From the IMG/VR virus record IMGVR_UViG_3300044608_002890: a stretch of 64,000 nt of DNA, one strand, 5' to 3'. The DNA comes from a virus. How positions within the stretch are numbered: position 1 is the first letter of the stretch; each line of letters opens with the position of its first letter. Both the position numbers and the translations under genes were made by a program. The notes beneath the pieces were generated by a model that had not been told where the DNA came from, did not search any database, and was given only the letters and a program-made list of their open reading frames with translations. Shown in pieces: positions 23,860 through 31,958 of the stretch.

Positions 23860-24234
23860 ATGGCATATCAAATTGGATCTCAGGTAGAAATTCAGACTCA
23901 GCGCCCTAGCATTGTCCTGGGTCGAGATTTTGATCGGCACACCTATAGGGGTGTTGTCGTACAAACGCCACACTGGCTTGACAAAAACTATGTAAGCGTC
24001 AATACTGGTAATCCAGAACATCCAGTCAGCCACATTCACCAAAGCGTTATTGTTGGCTTCGTTCAGCCCGAAGTCGATGTAGGCATTCGAGTATTTCGAG
24101 TGACCAGCAAGAGCAAGGGCAAGAGCTATGAAGTAACTGTGCATGCTGGTCGAGTCAGCTGCGATTGTGTGGGCTTTCAGTTTCATCGTTATTGTCGGCA
24201 TTCAACTGCTGTGAAAGCAAAACTAGGAATTTGA
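23860..24234 (+). CDS. hypothetical protein with C-terminal SWIM-type zinc finger
   Basis: SCDCVGFQFHRYCRH. Confidence 0.75.
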   Translation: MAYQIGSQVEIQTQRPSIVLGRDFDRHTYRGVVVQTPHWLDKNYVSVNTGNPEHPVSHIHQSVIVGFVQPEVDVGIRVFRVTSKSKGKSYEVTVHAGRVSCDCVGFQFHRYCRHSTAVKAKLGI

Positions 24235-24235
24235 C

Positions 24236-24568
24236 ATGCAAATTATATTCAAAAAGGGAAGTTATATCACCCATGCAGTAGGTGGTGGCGGTGGTGGCAG
24301 TCTTCCCAAGCAAGAAGAATTGGTTTTAACTTTGGACCAGTGCAAGTGGCAAAAGAATCTGAATCAGTTAATTTGTCAGCATGACGGTGCATTCCCCCGA
24401 GAAGTTCGAGTCACCAATACAAAAACCAATGATTACAGAACCTATGTCCATTTGACCGAAAACGATCCTCGTCAGGACCAGGATGGTTGGGACGGTGAAC
24501 AGATGGTCTACAAGACTCATACCAAAACTAACAACGCAGAATATCTGGTACTATATCATGGAAGCTAA
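24236..24568 (+). CDS. hypothetical protein
   Basis: 110-aa ORF in operon. Confidence 0.6.
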   Translation: MQIIFKKGSYITHAVGGGGGGSLPKQEELVLTLDQCKWQKNLNQLICQHDGAFPREVRVTNTKTNDYRTYVHLTENDPRQDQDGWDGEQMVYKTHTKTNNAEYLVLYHGS

Positions 24569-24569
24569 A

Positions 24570-24791
24570 ATGAATTTTAATCGTTTTGATTTTGAACAGC
24601 AATTACTAGAATGCTGGAATGTTACCAAAGACATCAAGACTGTATTCGAAGGCGTTTGCGATTCTAGTCCTGCACTGACTGAGGATCAAATTGCCAATGC
24701 TTTGCTTGGACTTGAAACTCTGTATGAATTAAAATTTAATAAGTTGTGGTCGATGTTTGAAAATGGTGTGCGTGACAAGAAAATCATCTAG
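24570..24791 (+). CDS. hypothetical protein
   Basis: FDFEQQLLECWNVTKDI...YELKFNKLW; start at 24570 or 24558. Confidence 0.7.
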   Translation: MNFNRFDFEQQLLECWNVTKDIKTVFEGVCDSSPALTEDQIANALLGLETLYELKFNKLWSMFENGVRDKKII

Positions 24792-24800
24792 GAGTATATC

Positions 24801-25235
24801 ATGGGTTTGGACATGTATTTGAAGGGCAAAGTATACCTGGACTACAACGGTCCAGAGCGTAAAGATATTGCCAAGATGCTGGACATCGATGACTACGAAG
24901 TCCAAGGTGTAACCGTAGAATTAGGATACTGGCGCAAAGCCAACCACATCCACAAGTGGTTCGTTGACAATGTTCAGAATGGTGTGGATGACTGTGGTGA
25001 TTATTATGCTACTAAAAAGGATCTAGAAAGCTTGCTGCTTGTCTGTGAACAGGTGCTTGAAGATAGATCCAAAGCAGCATCATTATTGCCGACTCAACAA
25101 GGATTCTTTTTTGGCGGTCAAGAATATGATGACTGGTATTATGATGATGTTCAATCAACTGTCGACATAGTTAAGAAGGCATTAGAATTTTATGACGAAA
25201 AAACCGTTGACCTTTATTATCATGCGAGCTGGTAA
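24801..25235 (+). CDS. conserved phage early protein
   Basis: MGLDMYL...YWRKANHIHKWFVDNVQ...YYHASW. Confidence 0.85.
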   Translation: MGLDMYLKGKVYLDYNGPERKDIAKMLDIDDYEVQGVTVELGYWRKANHIHKWFVDNVQNGVDDCGDYYATKKDLESLLLVCEQVLEDRSKAASLLPTQQGFFFGGQEYDDWYYDDVQSTVDIVKKALEFYDEKTVDLYYHASW

Positions 25236-25504
25236 TGGCACATATCATACGTGACGGCGAAATCGTTCCCATAGCCATACCTTTGGGCAAACGTGTAAAA
25301 ATTGGTTCGGCCTATGAGCCTCCTCTGGAGAACTACGTAGCCAACGATCAACTCTGGATTCAGGATGTCTTTACTTTCAACACCATTCCCTGGTATGCCA
25401 TCAAGAACCGGTTCGAAAAGTATCTGGTGGGATTTGCAATCTGGGGTACCTTGGTCTATGCTCTGGCCATGATAGGTCGTTACTTTCTGGGAGCGCCAGC
25501 ATGA
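25235..25504 (+). CDS. hypothetical protein with C-terminal TM
   Basis: TAATG coupling; hydrophobic C-terminus. Confidence 0.65.
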   Translation: MAHIIRDGEIVPIAIPLGKRVKIGSAYEPPLENYVANDQLWIQDVFTFNTIPWYAIKNRFEKYLVGFAIWGTLVYALAMIGRYFLGAPA

Positions 25505-25698
25505 CTGACAAGCATCGAGCCCTGGATCAGTGTAATGCCATACTAAAGGCGTCATTGGGCACCCAACAAGTAGATACCTGGTGGACCATACCCAATAGAG
25601 CCTTTGAAATGCGAGCTCCGAGCGTTGTCTGGGACAGCCAAGACTGGCAACGAGTACATAAATATCTGCTCGGACAGCTCAATGCAGATTATTCTTAG
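25501..25698 (+). CDS. hypothetical protein
   Basis: WWTIPNRAFEMRAP. Confidence 0.65.
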   Translation: MTDKHRALDQCNAILKASLGTQQVDTWWTIPNRAFEMRAPSVVWDSQDWQRVHKYLLGQLNADYS

Positions 25699-25720
25699 TT
25701 ATCAATGACTTAGCCAAAGC

Positions 25721-25757
25721 CCCTATGCTTGACTCGGGTATTCAAAGGTGCTATAAT
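25721..25757 (+). promoter_or_regulatory. early promoter, repeated-cassette type
   Basis: GCTTGACTCGGGTATTCAAAGGTGCTATAAT; same motif as the 60-64 kb copies. Confidence 0.85.
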
Positions 25758-25797
25758 AGTGGTATGTTGTGAGATGTACCGTTTATGAAAGAAGTGC

Positions 25798-25826
25798 TTG
25801 ACCCGTCAGGCGAAATTTGCTAGTAT
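25798..25826 (+). promoter_or_regulatory. sigma70-type promoter
   Basis: TTGACC-17bp-TAGTAT. Confidence 0.55.
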
Positions 25827-25856
25827 TATGTTACCAATTTGAGAAGGATCTTAATT

Positions 25857-26279
25857 ATGACACATGAAAAATTTCTTGTAGCTGGTGTAGCCCGTAACAA
25901 CAAAGGTCAGTTGCGAGCTCGTTATTCAACCCTCACTGTGGCCGAGACCATTGCTCGTCAGGAACGAGCCGGACAGACCGACATCCTGTATGTTGATCTA
26001 CCCGAGCCCATGAGTCGCGAAGATATTCCTGCGTACCTGTTGACCTTGGAAGCATTTACCAGTGTGCCTGATTTCAAGGCTTGCCTAGAAGATGCTAATA
26101 CCAATCATGTACTCAAAAGCAAGGCTCCACGAGCCAAGACTGTCTGGACTACACCAGCTCCCAAGACCGCCAAGGTCAAGACTCCGAAGCCTGTAAAGGC
26201 TCCGAAGGTTCGGCTTCCCAAGCCTGACGCCGAAGACGATCTCATGATCGAAGAACTCAAGGCCCTGGTTGCGGCCTGA
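25857..26279 (+). CDS. hypothetical protein with Lys/Pro-rich tail
   Basis: AAGGA RBS; KTPKPVKAPKV. Confidence 0.7.
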   Translation: MTHEKFLVAGVARNNKGQLRARYSTLTVAETIARQERAGQTDILYVDLPEPMSREDIPAYLLTLEAFTSVPDFKACLEDANTNHVLKSKAPRAKTVWTTPAPKTAKVKTPKPVKAPKVRLPKPDAEDDLMIEELKALVAA

Positions 26280-26287
26280 TAAATAAA

Positions 26288-26375
26288 AGGCCAACGTCGG
26301 GAGACAGTAGGCCGTTTCGTCGGGAGACGGACGACCGGGGGAATAGCGGAGACCCGAAGACTACGCTTATTCTTA
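26288..26375 (+). ncRNA. candidate structured leader or ncRNA with repeated GTC-GGGA-GAC hairpins
   Basis: CGTCGGGAGAC at 26295 and 26318; GAATAGCG/CGCTTATTC stem; follows TAAATA at 26280. Confidence 0.45.
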
Positions 26376-26419
26376 AACGACAGAAAAATTGCGCCCCTTA
26401 AGCCAACACAAAGGACATC

Positions 26420-26659
26420 ATGGCACGAATTACCAGTCAAAAAGCAGCACTACAGATCGGAAATCAGTTCGATATGGTTCTCATTGCAGCTGCCCGCGCT
26501 CGTGAACTTCGTCGTGGCAAGAAAAGCACCCTCGTAACCGACGACAAGGCATCGGTGCTGGCCCTAAGAGAGATCGAAGAAGGCCTCGTAGGCCGAGAAT
26601 ATCTAAGAAAGCTGAGACCATGGGATCGCTCACAAAAATCACGCAACACCAAGGCCTAG
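26420..26659 (+). CDS. rpoZ: RNA polymerase omega subunit homolog
   Basis: MARIT...IGNQFDMVLIAAARARELRRG...DKASVLALREIEEG matches the RpoZ pattern. Confidence 0.9.
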   Translation: MARITSQKAALQIGNQFDMVLIAAARARELRRGKKSTLVTDDKASVLALREIEEGLVGREYLRKLRPWDRSQKSRNTKA

Positions 26660-27243
26660 ACATTACGGGCTATAATAGCGGGTCCTTTGGGCCTGCTATT
26701 CTACTGCTTCACGATTGGTGGGGTTGCACGCCCAGCGTCCGCAATCTTGCGGATCGTTTGGCCAATCACGAACATCAGGTCGTGGCCCTGGATTACTGGC
26801 AAGGGTTGCAACCTGCAAACATCAAAGAAGCCGAACAGAAACTATTTTCCGTGAGTCTAGAAGACCTTACATCGGTTATTTTACCGGATGTCATAACCAG
26901 AACTGGTGTTAGCCATCTGGTTGGCATGGGTTTCGGTGGAACGCTGGCATTGATGGTTCAGGAAAACATGCCTGGCATCAAGAGTGTGACCTGTTGCTAT
27001 GGACTGCCACCAGCGGGGCGAGTCAAGAGTGTGCGTGCGCCGCTCATGGTGGTCAGAGCCACTAGAAACCGTTGGGACGATCCGGCCCATATTCAGGCTT
27101 ACCTGGATCTGGCTCCACGAGCTCAGGTCATGAATCATGACTGTGACGCAGAATTTTTGAATGAAACTGCTGCTAGTTTTGAATTTCAAAGATTGCGAGT
27201 CACAGCCGAAACCATAAGTTCATGGGTCAAGTCCAATAATTAA
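26620..27243 (+). CDS. dienelactone hydrolase-family alpha/beta hydrolase, catalytic residues degenerate
   Basis: PAILLLHDWWG, LADRLA, GMGFGG in place of GFCxGG, CCYG. Confidence 0.75.
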   Translation: MGSLTKITQHQGLDITGYNSGSFGPAILLLHDWWGCTPSVRNLADRLANHEHQVVALDYWQGLQPANIKEAEQKLFSVSLEDLTSVILPDVITRTGVSHLVGMGFGGTLALMVQENMPGIKSVTCCYGLPPAGRVKSVRAPLMVVRATRNRWDDPAHIQAYLDLAPRAQVMNHDCDAEFLNETAASFEFQRLRVTAETISSWVKSNN

Positions 27244-27329
27244 TCGGTATTGACTCTGCCTACGGAGTCATATAGCATCGTAGGCTGGTTTACGCAGCAC
27301 CATAAGCTGCGGTATTTCATGGAGTTATT

Positions 27330-27575
27330 ATGATTAAAAACGTTGTATTGAAAGCACTCAAGAGCGGTCGTCAATTTACTGCAGGTCAACTCAAGGGGTT
27401 GACTCGCAGCACCGAAGCAACCATTCGTGCTCGCATTCATGACCTGCGCAGCGAAGGTTATGCCATCTACAACAACACCACCAAGAATGGCAAGACTGCC
27501 TATCGTCTAGGTACGCCTAGCCGTGCCATGGTGGCTGCTGCTTTCCGTGAATCAGGTTCACGAGTTTTTGGTTAA
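27330..27575 (+). CDS. winged helix-turn-helix protein
   Basis: LKALKSGRQFTAGQL...IRARIHDLRSEGYAIY...YRLGTPS. Confidence 0.8.
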   Translation: MIKNVVLKALKSGRQFTAGQLKGLTRSTEATIRARIHDLRSEGYAIYNNTTKNGKTAYRLGTPSRAMVAAAFRESGSRVFG

Positions 27576-27594
27576 GACTTCGAGCGTCTAACCA

Positions 27595-27615
27595 ACCCGC
27601 TTCGGCGGGTTTTTT
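27595..27615 (+). terminator. rho-independent terminator
   Basis: ACCCGC-TTCG-GCGGGT followed by TTTTT. Confidence 0.9.
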
Positions 27616-27634
27616 CTTGTTTGTTTTCTAGCCA

Positions 27635-27640
27635 TAAATA
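27635..27640 (+). promoter_or_regulatory. late promoter TAAATA
   Basis: CATAAATA ~20 bp upstream of 27659. Confidence 0.6.
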
Positions 27641-27658
27641 TTCCCAAAAGGGAACCAC

Positions 27659-28456
27659 ATGGCACAAGAAGGTTTTATCTACGAACGCAAGGCCTATGAG
27701 GCTCTAGCAGCCTATGACATAAGCACTGGCGGCGTCGCAGGTGCTTCGCATGATAGGCCCGATCTTACCCTTAAAAATGCCGCAGGAAAATCAACAGGCT
27801 GTGAACTCAAGAATCAACCCACAGCAGCAGGCAGCCTGGTCATGAAATACTATGATGGTAGCTGGAGCTTTGGTGATTTTAGTGGTGATCCCGAAAAGGC
27901 TTTCATGTACGGCCTAGCCACCAAGGCCAAGCTCCTGACCGAAATGAACAAGTCAGGCAATGCAGGTCGTAACTGGCGTGGCAAAGTTCCGGCTCTGCAG
28001 AACGATGCCCGAGGCAAAAAGATACTGGCTCCGGGCTTTACCGACAAAAAGAAAGCCTACGAATACGATCTCAAGCAGTTCGGTGGACCCAACGAAGTAC
28101 ATTTAGAAGTTGGTGGCAAAGCCGTAAGCGATTACTATAATTCCAAGAAGACCTACTACATCAATGTTGGTAGTCATGGATTTTATTTGCTGAACAACAG
28201 CGACCCTCTGGGGCTCAATGCCAAGCTCAGAGCAGCCAAGCTAGAAGCCATACCACAGTTCAATACATCGGCCAAGTGTAAGATCAGAGTTCGTTGTCAG
28301 TACAAGGGCGGAGGCGACTATCAGTTTGTCATGACCCTGCAGTTCTATGGTGTCCAGGCATCACCGTACAACATAGCACCCCTGAGACCGGGCAGCAATT
28401 CCGATGTTGACACTGCCCGGCTCAAAAAAGATCCCATTCTCTTGGCCTTTAGGTAA
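27659..28456 (+). CDS. PD-(D/E)xK-like nuclease-fold protein
   Basis: E...PDLTL...GCELK spacing. Confidence 0.5.
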   Translation: MAQEGFIYERKAYEALAAYDISTGGVAGASHDRPDLTLKNAAGKSTGCELKNQPTAAGSLVMKYYDGSWSFGDFSGDPEKAFMYGLATKAKLLTEMNKSGNAGRNWRGKVPALQNDARGKKILAPGFTDKKKAYEYDLKQFGGPNEVHLEVGGKAVSDYYNSKKTYYINVGSHGFYLLNNSDPLGLNAKLRAAKLEAIPQFNTSAKCKIRVRCQYKGGGDYQFVMTLQFYGVQASPYNIAPLRPGSNSDVDTARLKKDPILLAFR

Positions 28457-28466
28457 TAGGACAAAC

Positions 28467-29804
28467 ATGCGCAGTCTCATAGGTTATATTTCCGAAGCGG
28501 CCAACATGGCCGAGACCAACAAAGTTCTCAAGCACATAGACCATGCCGAAGATTTTCTCAGATTTGGTGACGAAGGTTTCAACCACGTACATCGCAGTCT
28601 TAGCCTATTGCATGGGGCTATGCGCGGTCAAAGGAACGAAGCCAGCTACGGACTCACAACGAAGTACGACGGAAGTCCTAGTGTTACTTTTGGCTATCAC
28701 CCTGATACCCATCGTTTCTTTGTTAGTACTAAGTCACTGTTCAACAAAGATGCCAAGGTAAACTATACAGATGCCGACATAGAGCGTAACCATGGTCATG
28801 CTCCGGGTCTGGTCAAGAAGCTTAAAACTGCTCTACAACATCTGCCCAAGATAGCGCCCCATCATAAGATCATGCAGGGCGACATGATGTATTCGCATAC
28901 CAAGGCCGACAATGACATAGCCAGTGATCGCAGCCATCATCACTTCAAACCCAACACCATAAACTATAGTGTGGACAGACATTCTGCCGAAGGTCGAAAG
29001 GTTGACAAGGCCAAGGTAGGCGTTGCTCTGCATACGGCCTATACAGGCAGCATATCAGATCCCAAGGTAGAATACAATACCGATACCGGCGACATTGACC
29101 ACCACCCAGATGTGCATGTCATAGATCATAGACTAGAACTTGCCAAGGTGCATTATCCGCCCGATGCTCAGAAAAAGGTTCGTGAACATCTGCAGGCTGC
29201 AGCCAAACTGCACCAGGACCATGATTTTAGTCATTTAGACAGTGCCGATGCCGGTCACCTCAGTACCTATACCAACAAGATGTCCGATCAGGGACATCGC
29301 ATGAGCTATGAGGGTCTTAGAAATCATGTGGAAGGTAAGCTACAGCAGAAGGTAGACAGCCTAAAGAGTGCCAAGGGTGTAGAAGGAGCTCGTGCCAAGA
29401 TGGCTCAAAGTCTGGCTCATCTGGAATCACACAAGGACAACTGGCAACGATACTTTGACATGCATCATCATTTACAACAGGCCAAGCATGCCATCATGGG
29501 CCCACTGAATGCTGCGGACTATGACTTTAAACACACCATAGACGGCAAGCCCACCAATCCCGAAGGACATGTCCTGGTCATCAACAATACGCCGCTCAAA
29601 CTGGTCGACAGACAGGAATTCGCCCGCAAGAATCGTGAGCGTATACGTGAAGACTATGAAAATCCCAACAGATTTGATTGGGGCACTGCGACCGGAACCA
29701 ACTACATGGTTCGCATGACACCCGGTCAGAATGTCGATCCACGCAGTGATTATTTTAAGAATCCACGACAACGTAGTACATTAAAGTCCATAAAATCCTT
29801 ATGA
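28467..29804 (+). CDS. DUF6267-like protein with ligase-type KxDG motif
   Basis: HIDHAED, TTKYDGSPS, STKSLFN, EGHV, KLVDRQEF. Confidence 0.7.
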   Translation: MRSLIGYISEAANMAETNKVLKHIDHAEDFLRFGDEGFNHVHRSLSLLHGAMRGQRNEASYGLTTKYDGSPSVTFGYHPDTHRFFVSTKSLFNKDAKVNYTDADIERNHGHAPGLVKKLKTALQHLPKIAPHHKIMQGDMMYSHTKADNDIASDRSHHHFKPNTINYSVDRHSAEGRKVDKAKVGVALHTAYTGSISDPKVEYNTDTGDIDHHPDVHVIDHRLELAKVHYPPDAQKKVREHLQAAAKLHQDHDFSHLDSADAGHLSTYTNKMSDQGHRMSYEGLRNHVEGKLQQKVDSLKSAKGVEGARAKMAQSLAHLESHKDNWQRYFDMHHHLQQAKHAIMGPLNAADYDFKHTIDGKPTNPEGHVLVINNTPLKLVDRQEFARKNRERIREDYENPNRFDWGTATGTNYMVRMTPGQNVDPRSDYFKNPRQRSTLKSIKSL

Positions 29805-29852
29805 TACTTCATGCCGACAGCATCATTGTAGGCACGGTGTCTAAACCTGTCG

Positions 29853-30689
29853 ATGACCAAAATGATAAAAAGTGACATAGAACAAAAGGCCAAGCTCATA
29901 GCTCTGGCTCGAGCTCTGGGGCAGGAACCCGATGCCCAACTGGTGGCTGAGGTCGAAGGCTATGCAGCATTCCAGGCTGAAATCAAGGAAAATGCTCGCC
30001 TGAGTATCATGCAGGATTTACAGCAAGCCATTGCCGCCACCAAACAACAATTAGTGGAAACTCTAGTGCAAGAACTGCCTGCAGAATTTCCACAGCCACC
30101 CAGTCTTGAAGAACTAGAATATTTTCTATCTGAATCAACAGCGGAGGACGAACATGACCTGGATACGGCGACGCCCCAAGAAATATCCGAACCCACCTCC
30201 CCCACCGCCCAACCCGTTGCCGAACAAAGCCTTACCGATCTCGTAGCCCAGAGTATAACACAAAGCGTCAAGAAAGATAGTTTCCAGCAACCTGATCCGC
30301 AGACCGTTCCTGCAGACCTAGTATCCATTACTCGCAAGTTAAAATATCTGGAACAATGGCTAGGCAAGATTAGCCTGGCAGGGCCAGGCGGCGGTGCAGG
30401 CAGTGCTCAAACACTAGATAGAGCAACTAAACTTATAACTAACTCATATTATGAAATAACTACTAAAGATTATTACATAGGTGTTAATTATAACAACCCT
30501 GTAACCATTGTATTACCAACAGTTGTTAACAATGGCACTGAATACATTATTAAAGATGAGTCAGGAAATGCCAAACACAATCCCATTACAGTTATTGGTA
30601 CTGTTGATAATGACATAGGCGGTTTTATACTAAGAATAAGTAACGGTGCTGTACAGTTACTTTACAGAAACGGTTGGAGAATTGTATGA
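29853..30689 (+). CDS. hypothetical (structural) protein
   Basis: GGGAG hinge then YYIGVNY...IIKDESGNA. Confidence 0.7.
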   Translation: MTKMIKSDIEQKAKLIALARALGQEPDAQLVAEVEGYAAFQAEIKENARLSIMQDLQQAIAATKQQLVETLVQELPAEFPQPPSLEELEYFLSESTAEDEHDLDTATPQEISEPTSPTAQPVAEQSLTDLVAQSITQSVKKDSFQQPDPQTVPADLVSITRKLKYLEQWLGKISLAGPGGGAGSAQTLDRATKLITNSYYEITTKDYYIGVNYNNPVTIVLPTVVNNGTEYIIKDESGNAKHNPITVIGTVDNDIGGFILRISNGAVQLLYRNGWRIV

Positions 30690-31924
30690 CATATTTGTTT
30701 AATGAGCCTGTTATAAATCTAGATGCTTTTGGTAGAGCTAGAGTATCAGAACCCTTTACACTTGGCGACTATAAACATCTTTATGGTCTAGATCCCAATT
30801 TTATTGACAACATAGAAAATGGAGGTAACGTAACCTTTATAGCTCATGCAGCAGCTGCTAGATTAACCACAAATAACCATGCCAATGCTAGAGTAGTTCA
30901 TCAGACTAAATTTTATCATCATTACATGCCTGGTAAGTCGCAGATAGTACTAAGCAGTTTTAATTTTCATGAAGCCACTGCCAATGTGACCAAACGTACT
31001 GGGTACTATGACGATGAAAATGGTGTATTTCTTGAACAGACTGGCGATGGAAATTTATATTTTGTACTTAGAAGTTTTGTAGGTGGTTCAGTATCGGAAC
31101 GCAGAGTGGTTCAGTCTGATTGGAACGAAGATCATTGTGATGGTAATGGATTTAGTAAATTCAATCTAGACATAACAAAAACACAACTAACAAATTTCGA
31201 TTTTCAATGGTTAGGTGTAGGCAGTGTTAGATGTGGTTTTGTGCATGAAAATGAATTTGTTTATGCTCATACTTTTCATAATAGTAATGTTCTAGCCAAT
31301 GTATATATGAGCACTCCCAATCTGCCAGTTAGATGTGAAATAAAAAATACAGGCACTACTGGTGGTGCTTTCATGGATCAGATTTGTTCGACTGTAATGT
31401 CCGAAGGAGGTTATGTAGAGGCCGGTCAAGACTGGGCAGTACATACAGCCAATCTCATAGCATTAACAGCAAATGCTACCAAACCGCTTATGGCTATACG
31501 CCTAAAAAATACTTTTAGAACCTATAAGAATCGCATGATTGCTCGCATGGGTGCTATCAATGTTTTTAGTGATGGCCAAAATATAACCTGGTATCTAGTT
31601 AAGTTGCCTTCAGTGGCCAATCTAACAGCCAATGCTCAGGCCTGGACTGCTGTAAACACTAATTCAGGCATAGAATACAACATAGATCTCACTGCATTTA
31701 CTGATGGTGAAGAAATAGATGGAGGCTTCGTAGCGGCCGCTACGCAAGGTAGTCAAAAGACCGGGGGAGCACCAGCAGCTAACCAACCCTCATCAGCTAA
31801 GAAAAACTATATTGTACAGAATTTTGATAGTTCAAACTCCGAAGTATTTTGTATAGTTGTTAAGAACTTGACAAGCAGTTCGACCAATGTTGGAGCTGCT
31901 ATTCAATGGCGTGAAATTTATTAG
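30686..31924 (+). CDS. beta-rich putative virion protein
   Basis: LDAFGRARVSEPFTL, YMPGKS, FQWLGVG, NLPVRCEI. Confidence 0.75.
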   Translation: MTYLFNEPVINLDAFGRARVSEPFTLGDYKHLYGLDPNFIDNIENGGNVTFIAHAAAARLTTNNHANARVVHQTKFYHHYMPGKSQIVLSSFNFHEATANVTKRTGYYDDENGVFLEQTGDGNLYFVLRSFVGGSVSERRVVQSDWNEDHCDGNGFSKFNLDITKTQLTNFDFQWLGVGSVRCGFVHENEFVYAHTFHNSNVLANVYMSTPNLPVRCEIKNTGTTGGAFMDQICSTVMSEGGYVEAGQDWAVHTANLIALTANATKPLMAIRLKNTFRTYKNRMIARMGAINVFSDGQNITWYLVKLPSVANLTANAQAWTAVNTNSGIEYNIDLTAFTDGEEIDGGFVAAATQGSQKTGGAPAANQPSSAKKNYIVQNFDSSNSEVFCIVVKNLTSSSTNVGAAIQWREIY

Positions 31925-31925
31925 A

Positions 31926-31933
31926 TATAAATA
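31926..31933 (+). promoter_or_regulatory. T4-type late promoter TATAAATA
   Basis: Exact T4 late consensus upstream of 31959. Confidence 0.8.
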
Positions 31934-31958
31934 ATCGGTTATATTGAAATGGACCACC

